This document shows positions 54,612-64,000 of a stretch of DNA of 64,000 nt, one piece after another. The position numbers were made by a program, and so were the translations under genes. The notes beneath the pieces were generated by a model that did not search any database, had not been told where the DNA came from, and saw only the letters and a program-made list of their open reading frames with translations. Where the stretch lies: assembly GCA_041740615.1 (NCBI GenBank), contig JBGSLR010000038.1:98169-162168 (forward strand). Direction: 5' to 3'. The stretch comes from Desulfobacterales bacterium (GTDB lineage: Bacteria; Desulfobacterota; Desulfobacteria; Desulfobacterales; SURF-7). Each line of letters starts with the position of its first letter. Position 1 is the stretch's first letter.

Positions 54612-54758
54612 GTGCTTTTTTTCGCGATAGCTCCTGAAAAGCTTTTTAAAACAACACTGTTTTCCCGAGTCGTCAGACCCTTGACATCCCCCTAACCAGT
54701 CTTACTTTTCACTAAATTTCTTTAGTTTAACCAAACGAATTTTGATAACAACTGTCGG

Positions 54759-55478
54759 ATGGTGTCCTCCTGTGGACAATCCGCAAACACTAAAAACAAA
54801 GTTGAGGAAAAATTGGTTACCGATCAAGTCTGCCAGGATGACAAACAGCCCTTTCCACATCAGAACGAAGACCCTGCCGACGACCGAAACGCCGAAATTT
54901 CGAATCCGGATGATGTCATGCAAGCGGAATCGGATCATGAAACGAGAAATGGAGATCCACTCGAAAAATGGAAGGACGAACTGGTCGCCGCAAAGAAGGA
55001 AGCCGAAAATAATTATGATCGGCTGCTGCGAGTGTCCGCTGAGTTTGAGAATTACAAAAAACGGATGTCGCGTGAAATGAGTGACTTGAGAAATTATGCC
55101 AACGAGTCCATTATCAGGGAATTCCTTTCCGTTTTGGACAATCTGGAGCGGGCCCTCCATTCGTCCGGCAACGGGGGCGGGGCAACGGATCAGATAATTG
55201 AAGGCGTTGAAATGACGCTAAAGGAAATTCGGAAAATAATGGAGAAGCACGGCGTTTCGACGGTGGACGCGTTGGAAAAACCGTTCGATCCGGCCTTTCA
55301 CCAAGCCGTCATGCGGGAAGAAACCGATGCGTTTCCCGAAAACACGGTGACCCAAATGCTGCAAAAAGGATATATGCTGCATGAACGACTGATCCGTCCG
55401 GCAATGGTTGTGGTGTCGGCCGCAACAACTGCGGCATCGGGCAAAGACGAGACAATTCAGAACGAAAAAAATAGTTAA
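54759..55478 (+). CDS. grpE: nucleotide exchange factor GrpE
   Basis: Acidic N-terminus, then the coiled-coil motif YDRLLRVSAEFENYKKR and a C-terminal beta domain (FDP..H.A). Start uncertain (ATG 54759 or downstream TTG 54813). Confidence 0.9.
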   Translation: MVSSCGQSANTKNKVEEKLVTDQVCQDDKQPFPHQNEDPADDRNAEISNPDDVMQAESDHETRNGDPLEKWKDELVAAKKEAENNYDRLLRVSAEFENYKKRMSREMSDLRNYANESIIREFLSVLDNLERALHSSGNGGGATDQIIEGVEMTLKEIRKIMEKHGVSTVDALEKPFDPAFHQAVMREETDAFPENTVTQMLQKGYMLHERLIRPAMVVVSAATTAASGKDETIQNEKNS

Positions 55479-55520
55479 TCAGGATACAGGCGAGCATTCT
55501 TTAGATAAGGAGGAATACAG

Positions 55521-57440
55521 ATGGCCAAGGTAATCGGAATCGATTTGGGGACGACCAATTCATGCGTGGCGGTGATGGAGGGAGGAGAAGTAAAAGTGAT
55601 CACGAATCCGGAAGGGGGCAGGACAACTCCTTCAATCGTGGCTATTTCCGAAAGTGGTGAACGGCTGGTGGGTCAGATTGCCAAGCGACAGGCGATTACC
55701 AATCCGGAAAATACGGTATTTGCAGTCAAGAGGCTCATCGGCCGCAAATATTCTTCCTCCGAAGTTCAAAATGACCTGAAGATTCTGCCATATAAGATTG
55801 AACAGGCCTCGAACGGCGATATCCGCATCAATTTGCGAGGAAAACAGCTTAGCCCGGCGGAAATATCGTCGTTTGTGCTCGCCAATATCAAAAAAACAGC
55901 CGAGGAATATCTGGGTGAGAAAGTGACGGACGCCGTCATCACCGTTCCCGCCTATTTTAATGACAGCCAACGTCAGGCCACCAAAGACGCCGGAAAGATA
56001 GCCGGTCTGAATGTCTTGCGAATCATCAACGAGCCGACGGCAGCCTCCCTGGCCTATGGTTTGGACAAGAAGGCCGAAGAAAAGATCGCCGTTTTCGATT
56101 TGGGTGGTGGAACGTTCGATATTTCCATCCTGGAAATCGGTGAGGGGGTGTTTGAAGTCAAGGCGACCAATGGCGATACACATCTGGGAGGGGAGGATTT
56201 CGACCTCCGCATGATCGATTATCTCGCCGATGAATTCAAAAAGGACCAGGGAATTGATTTGCGCCGTGACAAAATGGCACTTCAACGGCTGAAAGAGGCG
56301 GCTGAAAAAGCCAAGATGGAACTGTCCTCCTCCATGGAAACGGACGTCAATCTGCCCTTTATCACCGCCGACGCCAGCGGCCCCAAACATCTGAACATTA
56401 AAATCACGCGGGCGAAGTTGGAATCACTGATTTCCGATTTGCTGGATAAACTGGAAAATCCCTGTCGGACCGCCATGAAAGATGCCGGTCTCAGCAACAG
56501 CGACATTGATGAGGTCGTTCTTGTGGGCGGCATGACGCGCATGCCGGCGGTTCAGGAACGGGTCAAGAAACTTTTCGGTAGAGAGCCCCATAAAGGCGTC
56601 AATCCGGATGAAGTTGTGGCCATCGGCGCCGCCATTCAGGCCGGTGTATTGAAGGGGGAAGTCAAAGATGTATTGTTGTTGGATGTCACTCCCCTGTCCC
56701 TGGGCATTGAAACCCTGGGCGGCATTATGACCAGGCTGATCGAAAAAAACACCACTATCCCGACCAAAAAAAGCCAGGTGTTCTCTACTGCCGCCGACAG
56801 TCAGCCGGCGGTATCCATTCATGTGTTGCAGGGAGAACGGGAGATGGCGGCGGGCAATAAGACTTTGGGACGTTTCGAGTTGGTGGGAATTCCTCCGGCT
56901 CCACGGGGCGTTCCCCAGATCGAGGTTACCTTCGATATCGATGCCAACGGTATTGTCAAGGTTTCCGCCAAGGATATTGCCACCGGAAAAGAACAATCCA
57001 TCCAGATCACGGCTTCTTCCGGTCTTTCCAAGGAAGAAATCGATCGTCTGATAAAAGAAGCGGAAATTCATTCCGATGAAGATAAAAAGAAAAAAGAATT
57101 GGTCGAGGTGCGCAACACGGCGGATTCGCTGATTTATCAGACGGAAAAATCCATCAAGGAACTTGGAGAGAAGGTGGATGCCCAGACCAAAAGCAATGTG
57201 GAGGAGATTACCTCGCGGCTGAAAAAAGCCATGGAGGGGGATGATACCGAACACATCAAGAAGGTGAGCGAAGAATTGACCCAGGCATCCCATAAGCTGG
57301 CGGAAGCCATGTATCAGCAGGCGTCTCAGGCTGGTCAGCAGCAGACGGCCGGTGATGACGCCGGTTCAGGGGGATCGGCAAAGGCGGATGACGATGTCGT
57401 GGATGCCGATTTCGAGGAAGTGAAAGACGATAAGAAATAA
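55521..57440 (+). CDS. dnaK: molecular chaperone DnaK (Hsp70)
   Basis: [27 protein letters not shown] signatures. 639 aa. Confidence 0.98.
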   Translation: MAKVIGIDLGTTNSCVAVMEGGEVKVITNPEGGRTTPSIVAISESGERLVGQIAKRQAITNPENTVFAVKRLIGRKYSSSEVQNDLKILPYKIEQASNGDIRINLRGKQLSPAEISSFVLANIKKTAEEYLGEKVTDAVITVPAYFNDSQRQATKDAGKIAGLNVLRIINEPTAASLAYGLDKKAEEKIAVFDLGGGTFDISILEIGEGVFEVKATNGDTHLGGEDFDLRMIDYLADEFKKDQGIDLRRDKMALQRLKEAAEKAKMELSSSMETDVNLPFITADASGPKHLNIKITRAKLESLISDLLDKLENPCRTAMKDAGLSNSDIDEVVLVGGMTRMPAVQERVKKLFGREPHKGVNPDEVVAIGAAIQAGVLKGEVKDVLLLDVTPLSLGIETLGGIMTRLIEKNTTIPTKKSQVFSTAADSQPAVSIHVLQGEREMAAGNKTLGRFELVGIPPAPRGVPQIEVTFDIDANGIVKVSAKDIATGKEQSIQITASSGLSKEEIDRLIKEAEIHSDEDKKKKELVEVRNTADSLIYQTEKSIKELGEKVDAQTKSNVEEITSRLKKAMEGDDTEHIKKVSEELTQASHKLAEAMYQQASQAGQQQTAGDDAGSGGSAKADDDVVDADFEEVKDDKK

Positions 57441-57487
57441 CCGACGTTTTTCACTCTTCCACCCATCTATCGGAACGACACTTTCCC

Positions 57488-57522
57488 AAACCCCGTAGTG
57501 TGTGAGACATGCTACGGGGTTT
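57488..57522. terminator. hairpin between convergent dnaK and acyl-CoA ligase genes (possible bidirectional terminator)
   Basis: 11-bp stem aaaccccgtag/ctacggggttt with a 13-nt loop. Only short T tracts on either side. Confidence 0.4.
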
Positions 57523-59095
57523 CTATTGAAAAACTCTCAGCCGTCCCGCCGAACTTCCGGCGCAGGTTGGGTTTTTCAATTTTGCCCGTAGGATTTCGCG
57601 GCACACGGTCGAAAATGATACGACGGGGCCTTTTGTACCTAGGAAGAGCCTTACAGAAAGCATCCACCTCTTCCGATGTCAGTGTCTGCCCTGATTTCAC
57701 CTGGATGATCGCTGTGGCGATTTCTCCCAGTCGCAGGCTGGGCAGCCCGATCACCGCCACATCCTGAATGCTGGGATGGGTCTGCAGAAAATCTTCGATA
57801 TCGACAGGATAAATATTTTCACCACCGGTGATGATGACGTCTTTTTTACGGTCCACCAGCCAGATAAAACCGTCCGGGTCCAGTCGGGCCATGTCGCCGG
57901 TCAGCAGCCAACCGGCCTTTAGGCATTCCTTGGTCGCTTCCGGGTTTTTATAATACTCCTTCATGACCCCCGGGCCTTTGACCATCAGTTCGCCGATGGC
58001 GCCTGCCGCCACCGGTTTCAATTCGCTGTCGACGATTTTGAATTCCCAATCAAAACCGGGCACGCCGATGGCGCCGACTTTGTACATGTTTTCCAGTCCC
58101 AAATGTACACAACCGGGGCCCGTGGTTTCCGTCAGACCGTAATTGGTATCATACTGGTGATTTGGAAAAATCTGCTTCCATTCCTTGATCAGGCTGGGCG
58201 GTACCGGCTGGGCTCCGATGTGCATCAAACGCCATTGGTCAAGCCTGTAATCGCTCAAACGCAGGTCTTTGTTTTCGATTGCAAATAGAATGTCCAAGGC
58301 CCATGGTACAAGCAGCCAGACAACGGTCACGCACTCTTCGGAAATCGCTTCCAATATCCATTGCGGTTCAATCCCTTTTAGAATGACGGCCTTTGCCCCG
58401 ACGATGAAATTGCCGAACCAGTGCATCTTGGCTCCGGTATGGTACAAGGGCGGGATGCACAAAAAATTGTCTTCATGGGATTGCAGATGGTGTCGATTTT
58501 CCGCGTAACAAGCGTATTCCAAATTGCGGTGGGTGAGCAGGGTCGCTTTGGGCGAACCGGTGGTTCCGGATGTGAAGTACAAGGCGGCGTCATCCGAAAT
58601 GTCAAGGGCGACGGGAGGCTCATCAGACCGCTGTTCCGATATTACGGCAGCGAAATTGTCCGCGTAATCCGGTCGCAGGTTTTCCGGTCCAACGAACATA
58701 AAGGATTGTACGATGTTATCAAGATCACTCTTGATGGTGTTTACGTGATCCACGAACTCCGGGCCAAAAATAAAGGCCTTGGCTTCGGCGGTTTCCGTGC
58801 AGCGAAGGATGGTTTTCGCCACGAAACGGAAATTAAGCGGAACAGCCCAGGCGCCTGTACGCAGAATTCCAAAATATACCGGCAACCATTCGAGGCAGTT
58901 CATCATCAAATGCACGACCCGATCTCCCTTTCTGATCCCCCTTTGAATCAGAGCCCAGGCTACCTGGTTCGCTTGACGGTCGAATTCTTTCCAGGAAATT
59001 TCTCTGCGGATTTTTTTTGCCGGCTCTCGTTCCACAAGGGCGGTTTCGTTTCCGTAAAGTCGAGCATTCCTTGCCAATATCTCTGTAATGATCAT
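57512..59095 (-). CDS. AMP-dependent acyl-CoA synthetase/ligase (ANL family)
   Basis: YTSGTTGSPKA AMP-binding motif, YGLTET, TGDMARLDPDGF..VDRKKD. Start set at ATG 59095 (MIITEIL) after an AAAGGA RBS. Confidence 0.88.
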   Translation of the reverse strand: MIITEILARNARLYGNETALVEREPAKKIRREISWKEFDRQANQVAWALIQRGIRKGDRVVHLMMNCLEWLPVYFGILRTGAWAVPLNFRFVAKTILRCTETAEAKAFIFGPEFVDHVNTIKSDLDNIVQSFMFVGPENLRPDYADNFAAVISEQRSDEPPVALDISDDAALYFTSGTTGSPKATLLTHRNLEYACYAENRHHLQSHEDNFLCIPPLYHTGAKMHWFGNFIVGAKAVILKGIEPQWILEAISEECVTVVWLLVPWALDILFAIENKDLRLSDYRLDQWRLMHIGAQPVPPSLIKEWKQIFPNHQYDTNYGLTETTGPGCVHLGLENMYKVGAIGVPGFDWEFKIVDSELKPVAAGAIGELMVKGPGVMKEYYKNPEATKECLKAGWLLTGDMARLDPDGFIWLVDRKKDVIITGGENIYPVDIEDFLQTHPSIQDVAVIGLPSLRLGEIATAIIQVKSGQTLTSEEVDAFCKALPRYKRPRRIIFDRVPRNPTGKIEKPNLRRKFGGTAESFSIETP

Positions 59096-59191
59096 GAGCG
59101 TAATCCTTTCCGTAAGACACGTCTCTCCGTGAATAGCAAACCATCCCGGGAGGGTCAAGGGGGACCTCTGTGGAAAAACCTGACAACGGCG

Positions 59192-60112
59192 TCAGTCGCT
59201 TTTCGGGATTTCCCGGGGCAACAGCCACCATCTCCCCCAGAGTTGGGAAAAGAGCATGCCCGCCAGCATCAGCGCGCACCCAATCATTCCTCGCGTCGTC
59301 ATGGATTCCGTCAGTATGATCCACCCGCCGATGGCGGCGAATACCGCTTCCAAACTCAATAGAATAGCTGCGTGTGCCGGATGGGCGGACTTTTGCGCGA
59401 CGATCTGCAAGGTATACGCAATGCCCACGGAGAGAAAGCCGCCGTAGGCCAATGGCAGGGAAGCCTGAAGGACGGCCTGGACGGTAATCGTTTCCCGGAT
59501 GAAGGCCACGGCAAGACTTAATATGGAACAGATGACGAACTGAATGAAGGCGAGACGCAGAGATGAGGTTTTGGGTGAAAGCCATCCGATCACGATGACA
59601 TGAGCCGCCCACACAAAAGCGCCCATCAGTACCAGAAAATCTCCCCATGCAATATGGAAATCTCCTGTTATACTGAGAAGATACAAACCGATAGCCGCCA
59701 AAAGGGCGCCCATCCATATGCCGAGGTTGGACTTCTGGCCGGTGAAAAGGCCGATAATCGGGACGATCACGACATACAGACCGGTAATGAATCCGGCATT
59801 GCCGGCGGTGGTATGGACCATTCCCACTTGCTGGAAGGAGGCGCCGCCGAAAAGAAAAAGCCCTGCGATTGTCCCACCGATGAAAAAGGAACGGTCGGCA
59901 GTAAAACCCTTTTTACCTCCAGCTGGTTGATTCCGCCGCTGATCCCGAACCAGAAAGGGCAGCAGCACCAGACAACCCAAGGCGAAACGAATACCGTTGA
60001 AGGCGAATGGGCCGAGATACGCCATGCCGACCCGTTGGGCGACAAAGGCAAACCCCCAGATAACCGCCGTTATCAGTAATAACAGATCCGATGTGAACGT
60101 TTTGGGGTCCAT
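59192..60112 (-). CDS. DMT-superfamily (EamA-like) transporter
   Basis: 306 aa and 10 TM, with two EamA-type repeats (LLLITAVIWGFAFVAQR...). Confidence 0.8.
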   Translation of the reverse strand: MDPKTFTSDLLLLITAVIWGFAFVAQRVGMAYLGPFAFNGIRFALGCLVLLPFLVRDQRRNQPAGGKKGFTADRSFFIGGTIAGLFLFGGASFQQVGMVHTTAGNAGFITGLYVVIVPIIGLFTGQKSNLGIWMGALLAAIGLYLLSITGDFHIAWGDFLVLMGAFVWAAHVIVIGWLSPKTSSLRLAFIQFVICSILSLAVAFIRETITVQAVLQASLPLAYGGFLSVGIAYTLQIVAQKSAHPAHAAILLSLEAVFAAIGGWIILTESMTTRGMIGCALMLAGMLFSQLWGRWWLLPREIPKSD

Positions 60113-60299
60113 TTTTCATCGCCTCCGGCTTGTGTTTTACTGAAATGAGAAAATGCGAAACATATCGATCCTGCTCGACGGAGTCAAGAAAATAGCCGCC
60201 GATGCGTTTCGGATTTGACTTTTTCCGGGTTCATGGTATGGAGAGTTGGCTTGGCAGGAGGTGTCGAATATTCATGGAGTGGAACGAAAACGGATAATC

Positions 60300-60794
60300 A
60301 TGGAAAACTTTTCCCATATTGACCGGAACGGCAGTGTACGCATGGTCGATGTAACGGATAAGGAGGCAACCGCACGCAATGCGGTTGCTCAAAGTGTCAT
60401 CACCATGCGACCGGAAACATTCCACCGAATCGTTCACCAAAAAATCGACAAAGGGAATGTATTGGAGACGGCACGGATTGCCGGGATCATGGCGGCGAAA
60501 AAGACTGCGGAGCTGATTCCCATGTGTCATCCGTTGAATCTCACCCACGTTCGAATCGATTTTCGGTTGGATGAAACCAGGCACGCCATTGTCATCCGTT
60601 CCGATGTGCGGTTGAACGGACCCACCGGCGTGGAAATGGAGGCCCTGACGGCGGCCGCCATCACTGCTTTGACCATTTATGATATGTGTAAGGCGGTTGA
60701 TCGGGAGATGCGGATTTCCGATATTGTGCTGCTTGAAAAAGCAGGTGGGAAAAGCGGAACCTTCCTTCGATCGGATCCCTCAGGGTTTGAATGA
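60300..60794 (+). CDS. moaC: cyclic pyranopterin monophosphate synthase accessory protein MoaC
   Basis: SHID..G..RMVDVT.K..T.R.A, PMCHPL, GVEMEALTA motifs. Start at ATG 60300 gives ~164 aa. Confidence 0.92.
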   Translation: MENFSHIDRNGSVRMVDVTDKEATARNAVAQSVITMRPETFHRIVHQKIDKGNVLETARIAGIMAAKKTAELIPMCHPLNLTHVRIDFRLDETRHAIVIRSDVRLNGPTGVEMEALTAAAITALTIYDMCKAVDREMRISDIVLLEKAGGKSGTFLRSDPSGFE

Positions 60795-62065
60795 GCCTTG
60801 CATTCAACAATGATTTCATCACGCCTCGATTTGCCGGGAAAAGTTGCCGTCAAGGCCTCGTCGGCTTATGTCTCCTTTCTTTGATGCTGAATTCCTGCAC
60901 CTTCTTTCGAGCCACCGTTCCGGAGCGGATCGACGGTTCCGCCCTGGAACGTATTCCACGGTCGAAATACCCACGGTTTTCGGATGATATGGGATACGAC
61001 GGTCTTCGTCACGGAATCACCCAGAGTTTAACCTACTTGAAGCGGCTGCCCCCGGAACGAGATTTCTGGTTCGGGCCGGACAAATATCCATGCCGTCATA
61101 TCCAGAAATCACTGTCGTTTTTTTTGTCCATTATTGAGAACAACCCCGCCCCCGACGCGTTGAACCAGATGATCCATTCCTATTTTATCGCCTATAAGTC
61201 CAAAGGTCGGGAAGGACCGGGCAATGTTTTGTTTACGGGGTATTATGAACCCGTGCTGGCAGGGAGTCTGCAGCGCAGTTCCACGTATCCCTATCCGATT
61301 TTTGCCCGGCCGGATGATCTTGTGGTAATTGATTTGACCCTTTTCGGTCTCGATATACCGGGTACAAACAAGATTGTGGGGCGTTTCACCAATGAACAAT
61401 CCGTGGTGCCGTATTATGAACGCCGGGAAATCATTTCCAACCAACTGAATGGCAGGGCTGCGGTCGTTGCCTGGGTTCAGGATCCGATCGATCTGTTTTT
61501 TTTACAGATTCAGGGCTCCGGTAAAGTGTATCTCGACAGCGGGGAAACCGTTCAGGTCACTTATGCCGCAGCCAACGGGCGCCCCTACAGGAGCATCGGC
61601 GCTCTGCTGATCGAGGAGGGCGAGATTGCGCGTGAAGATATGTCCATGCAGCGGATTCGTGAGTATCTCACGTTGCATCCCCAGGAAGTGGATCGGATTC
61701 TGAATTACAACCCGAGTTATGTGTTTTTCCGGGTGGTGGAAGAAGGGCCGATTGGTTGCCTGAATGTGAAAGTCACTCCGGGACGAACCTTGGCGCTCCA
61801 AAACCGAATTTTCCCGGCCGGAGGCCTGGCGTTCATTACTACCACCAAACCGGTGATCGATGGGGAAGGGCGCATTTCAAGCTGGCGGGAATTCAGCCGT
61901 TTCGTACTGAATCAGGATACGGGAGGCGCCATTCGAGGGCCGGGCCGGGCCGACCTTTTCTGGGGAGGGGGGCCCTATGCAGAGGTAGCGGCCGGACATA
62001 TGCAGCAGGAAGGTGATCTCTATTTTCTCGTTCTGGACCCGGTAAAGGCCGACCAACTTCCTTGA
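60791..62065 (+). CDS. mltA: membrane-bound lytic murein transglycosylase A
   Basis: Lipobox (LMLNSC). MltA domain (FTGYYEP, FLQIQGSG). 3D domain (DTGGAIRGPGRADLFWG). Confidence 0.88.
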   Translation: MSLAFNNDFITPRFAGKSCRQGLVGLCLLSLMLNSCTFFRATVPERIDGSALERIPRSKYPRFSDDMGYDGLRHGITQSLTYLKRLPPERDFWFGPDKYPCRHIQKSLSFFLSIIENNPAPDALNQMIHSYFIAYKSKGREGPGNVLFTGYYEPVLAGSLQRSSTYPYPIFARPDDLVVIDLTLFGLDIPGTNKIVGRFTNEQSVVPYYERREIISNQLNGRAAVVAWVQDPIDLFFLQIQGSGKVYLDSGETVQVTYAAANGRPYRSIGALLIEEGEIAREDMSMQRIREYLTLHPQEVDRILNYNPSYVFFRVVEEGPIGCLNVKVTPGRTLALQNRIFPAGGLAFITTTKPVIDGEGRISSWREFSRFVLNQDTGGAIRGPGRADLFWGGGPYAEVAAGHMQQEGDLYFLVLDPVKADQLP

Positions 62066-62158
62066 CAGTTATTCGGAAAAGGCATAGATTTACCCTTCGA
62101 GTTTCGCCTGACCGGGATGACGGGTTCAGGCGCCAGACACACATGAGGAGATGCACTT

Positions 62159-62503
62159 ATGTTCGGAATCGGCATGCCGGAAATGTTGCTGATCCTGGCG
62201 ATCGCCTTGATCGTAATCGGACCGAAAAAACTGCCCGATCTGGCCAAATCGCTGGGACGCGCCTTTGGTGAATTCAGACGAGCCACAACCGAACTGAAGG
62301 AATCTTTCGACATCGACAGTGGGGTCCGTAATATCAAAAACAGTTTTCAAGACGGCACCCAAAATGATCCCGTTGTCCCTGAGTTAAGTCCGGCGGAACG
62401 AACTGAAAACCCAATGGATTCTGTCTCAGACGCCCCATCGGAAATCCCGGCGGATATTCTGGTGAAGCATCCGCCGGCGGAAAAGGGATCGCCGCATGAA
62501 TGA
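62159..62503 (+). CDS. tatB: twin-arginine translocase TatA/TatB-family subunit (TatB-like)
   Basis: [26 protein letters not shown], with Glu8 and the GP..LP hinge. 114 aa with an acidic tail. Confidence 0.8.
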   Translation: MFGIGMPEMLLILAIALIVIGPKKLPDLAKSLGRAFGEFRRATTELKESFDIDSGVRNIKNSFQDGTQNDPVVPELSPAERTENPMDSVSDAPSEIPADILVKHPPAEKGSPHE

Positions 62504-63254
62504 AGACGACAAGCTTCCGTTCACCGTCCATCTGGAAGAACTCAGAACGAGACTGATTCGATGTTTTATCGCCGTCGGAATTTGTTTTGTCGGTGCGTAT
62601 TTATATAAGGAAAAGCTGTTCGACGTATTGACCCGGCCCCTGGTGGAAGTCATGGGCAAGGGAGACACCCTGATTTTTACCGGACTGGCGGAAGCCTTTT
62701 TCACCTATTTAAAAACCGCTTTTATCGCCGGCGTCATCCTGGCTTCTCCGGTAATCATTTTTGAGTTCTGGATGTTTGTCGCTCCCGGTCTGTATAAAAA
62801 TGAACGCCGTATTCTGATTCCGGTGGTCATCCTCTCCACCTTTTTTTTCCTTGGCGGCGCGCTGTTCGGTTATTTTTTCGTATTTCCTGTCGGCTTTGAG
62901 TTTTTTCTGGGATTTCAATCGGAAACCATCAAAGCCATGCCGTCCATGCGAGAGTATCTTGGTTTCGCGGCGACCATGCTGTTGGTTTTCGGTCTGGTGT
63001 TCGAGCTGCCGCTGGTGATCACCTGTCTGGCGCGCTTCGGTTTGGTGTCCGTGGATTTTCTGAAGAAAAACAGAAAATATGCCATTCTAGTGATCTTCGT
63101 TGTCGCCGCTATTCTGACCCCACCGGATGTCGTTTCACAAGTCATGATGGCCATTCCGATGATGTTGTTGTATGAAGTCAGCATCCTCGGTGCGCGTATT
63201 TTCGGCAAAAAGCCTGCCGCAGAAGAGGAACAAGAAGCTGAAACAACGGCATGA
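62496..63254 (+). CDS. tatC: twin-arginine translocase subunit TatC
   Basis: 6 TM, with HLEELR.RL N-terminal motif and FE.P conserved loop. Overlaps the tatB end. Confidence 0.93.
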   Translation: MNEDDKLPFTVHLEELRTRLIRCFIAVGICFVGAYLYKEKLFDVLTRPLVEVMGKGDTLIFTGLAEAFFTYLKTAFIAGVILASPVIIFEFWMFVAPGLYKNERRILIPVVILSTFFFLGGALFGYFFVFPVGFEFFLGFQSETIKAMPSMREYLGFAATMLLVFGLVFELPLVITCLARFGLVSVDFLKKNRKYAILVIFVVAAILTPPDVVSQVMMAIPMMLLYEVSILGARIFGKKPAAEEEQEAETTA

Positions 63255-63324
63255 ACAGGTTCGCTGTCAGCCTGAACCGGAGCCGCAAGAGACACTTTCC
63301 GGCGCTGGCGTTTTTGAGCGACAT

Positions 63325-63786
63325 GTGGTCCTGGTGGCGCCGCAAGTGCACTGGAATACTGGCAATATCGGCCGGACGTGCATTGCCGTCGATGCCTGTT
63401 TGCACTTGATCAAACCGCTTGGATTTTCCCTGGCAAGTCGTGAAGTGAAGCGCGCAGGTCTGGACTACTGGCCCCAGGTAAATCTGCGGGTGTGGGATTC
63501 GATAACGAATTTCCTGGAGGTCATGAACCCGGATCGGCTGGAAGTGGTTGTGTTCACTAAAAGCGGCCGACGTTCGTTTCGAGAGATGCCCCGGAAGGAG
63601 AAACTTTTTCTGATTTTCGGTTCGGAAACAGCGGGTTTGCCGGAACCGATCCTCCGCATGTTCCCCGAATCCCTTTTTTATATCCCTACTACCCGCGCTG
63701 TTCGAAGCCTCAACCTTTCCACCGCCGCAGGTATTGCGCTTTATGAAAGTTTGCGATCTTTTGATTTGCGGCATGGATGGCGATAG
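63325..63786 (+). CDS. trmL: tRNA (cytidine/uridine-2'-O-)-methyltransferase TrmL (SpoU/TrmH family)
   Basis: NTGNIGRTC, LIFGSETAGLP, IP....RSLNLS motifs. The first in-frame start after the tatC stop is GTG 63325 (the track ORF begins at 63172, inside tatC). Confidence 0.85.
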   Translation: MVLVAPQVHWNTGNIGRTCIAVDACLHLIKPLGFSLASREVKRAGLDYWPQVNLRVWDSITNFLEVMNPDRLEVVVFTKSGRRSFREMPRKEKLFLIFGSETAGLPEPILRMFPESLFYIPTTRAVRSLNLSTAAGIALYESLRSFDLRHGWR

Positions 63787-63984
63787 CCTATCGGTCTCGG
63801 AACAAATTCGCCGATATCCGCTTGCAGATGCGCGTCTATCGTGGTAGAGGATGACAGGCTGCCGAAGCCAGTCAAATTTTTGTGACGGAAGCCCTGCGGG
63901 GCCGCTCGTTGACAACTCTGACGTATACCGCCGGTTCACTCAGCGGCGGTGCATTCACAACAGCATTCCTCAAGGAGAAACATC

Positions 63985-64000
63985 ATGCGGCAAACGACTT
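63985..64000 (+). CDS. start of an unidentified gene running off the window
   Basis: AAGGAGA RBS 7 nt before ATG 63985. Only 5 codons are visible. Confidence 0.25.

Noticed and set aside
54640-54760. CIRCE/HrcA operator or sigma-32 promoter upstream of grpE-dnaK
   Set aside because: No TTAGCACTC-N9-GAGTGCTAA is present. Only a short inverted repeat (ACTAAA-N5-TTTAGT) and a TTGACA with no convincing -10 are there, so nothing can be called.
56424-57293. 289-aa ORF antisense to dnaK (similar long antisense ORFs lie in ftsH 51292-52284, KS 31989-32816 and fabG 23427-24215)
   Set aside because: Long antisense frames are a known codon-bias artefact opposite highly conserved genes. I saw no motifs, RBS or independent support.
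58833-59717. 294-aa minus-strand ORF spanning the acyl-CoA ligase start and the DMT transporter
   Set aside because: It is out of frame with two well-supported genes, Arg/Gly-rich and low complexity. I treat it as an artefact.
60113-60299. Possible Moco riboswitch upstream of moaC (a GCCTCCGGC element at ~60120)
   Set aside because: The element is the reverse complement of the Shine-Dalgarno sequence of the divergent DMT transporter gene. I could not find the remaining conserved Moco-motif stems.

Overview
This 64 kb chromosomal window probably comes from an anaerobic Desulfobacterota-type (deltaproteobacterial) genome. That placement is an inference from gene content: nrdDG, DUF362 Fe-S protein, sigma-54-driven PEP-CTERM genes, pilT/pilU, and about 50-55% GC. 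All calls rest on motifs read by eye; no searches were run. Housekeeping blocks: pnp-M16 peptidase-dut-MBL (1-3.5 kb); alr (13-14 kb); nrdDG, ccdA/thioredoxin and proC (37-43 kb); divIVA-pilT-pilU (43-46 kb); coaX-ybbR-folP-ftsH-tilS (48-54 kb); SRP RNA, grpE-dnaK, an acyl-CoA ligase, moaC, mltA, tatB/tatC and trmL (54-64 kb). Two accessory regions stand out. (1) 5.4-12.9 kb is a cell-envelope island. It holds a DUF2723/TMEM260-like GT-C membrane protein, an Ig-like lipoprotein with a (Gly-Thr)11 linker, a beta-barrel OMP, and a tandem triplication of a PEP-CTERM protein cassette. Each cassette copy has its own sigma-54 promoter, a conserved ATGACA-N5-TGTCAT upstream palindrome and an intrinsic terminator. 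(2) 20.8-36.3 kb is a 17-gene divergently organised type II FAS/PKS-like lipid cluster. It resembles aryl-polyene clusters: 2 ACPs, a fused KS-CLF, 2 further KS, FabG, three hot-dog/PKS dehydratases, a 4HBT thioesterase, a LolA-like protein and a lipoprotein. Four radical SAM enzymes (two B12-binding, two paralogous small ones with a C-terminal Cys cluster) and a compact HDAC-family hydrolase are embedded in it. This cluster is the best candidate for an undescribed system. I saw no transposases, integrases, CRISPR arrays, tRNA or rRNA genes.
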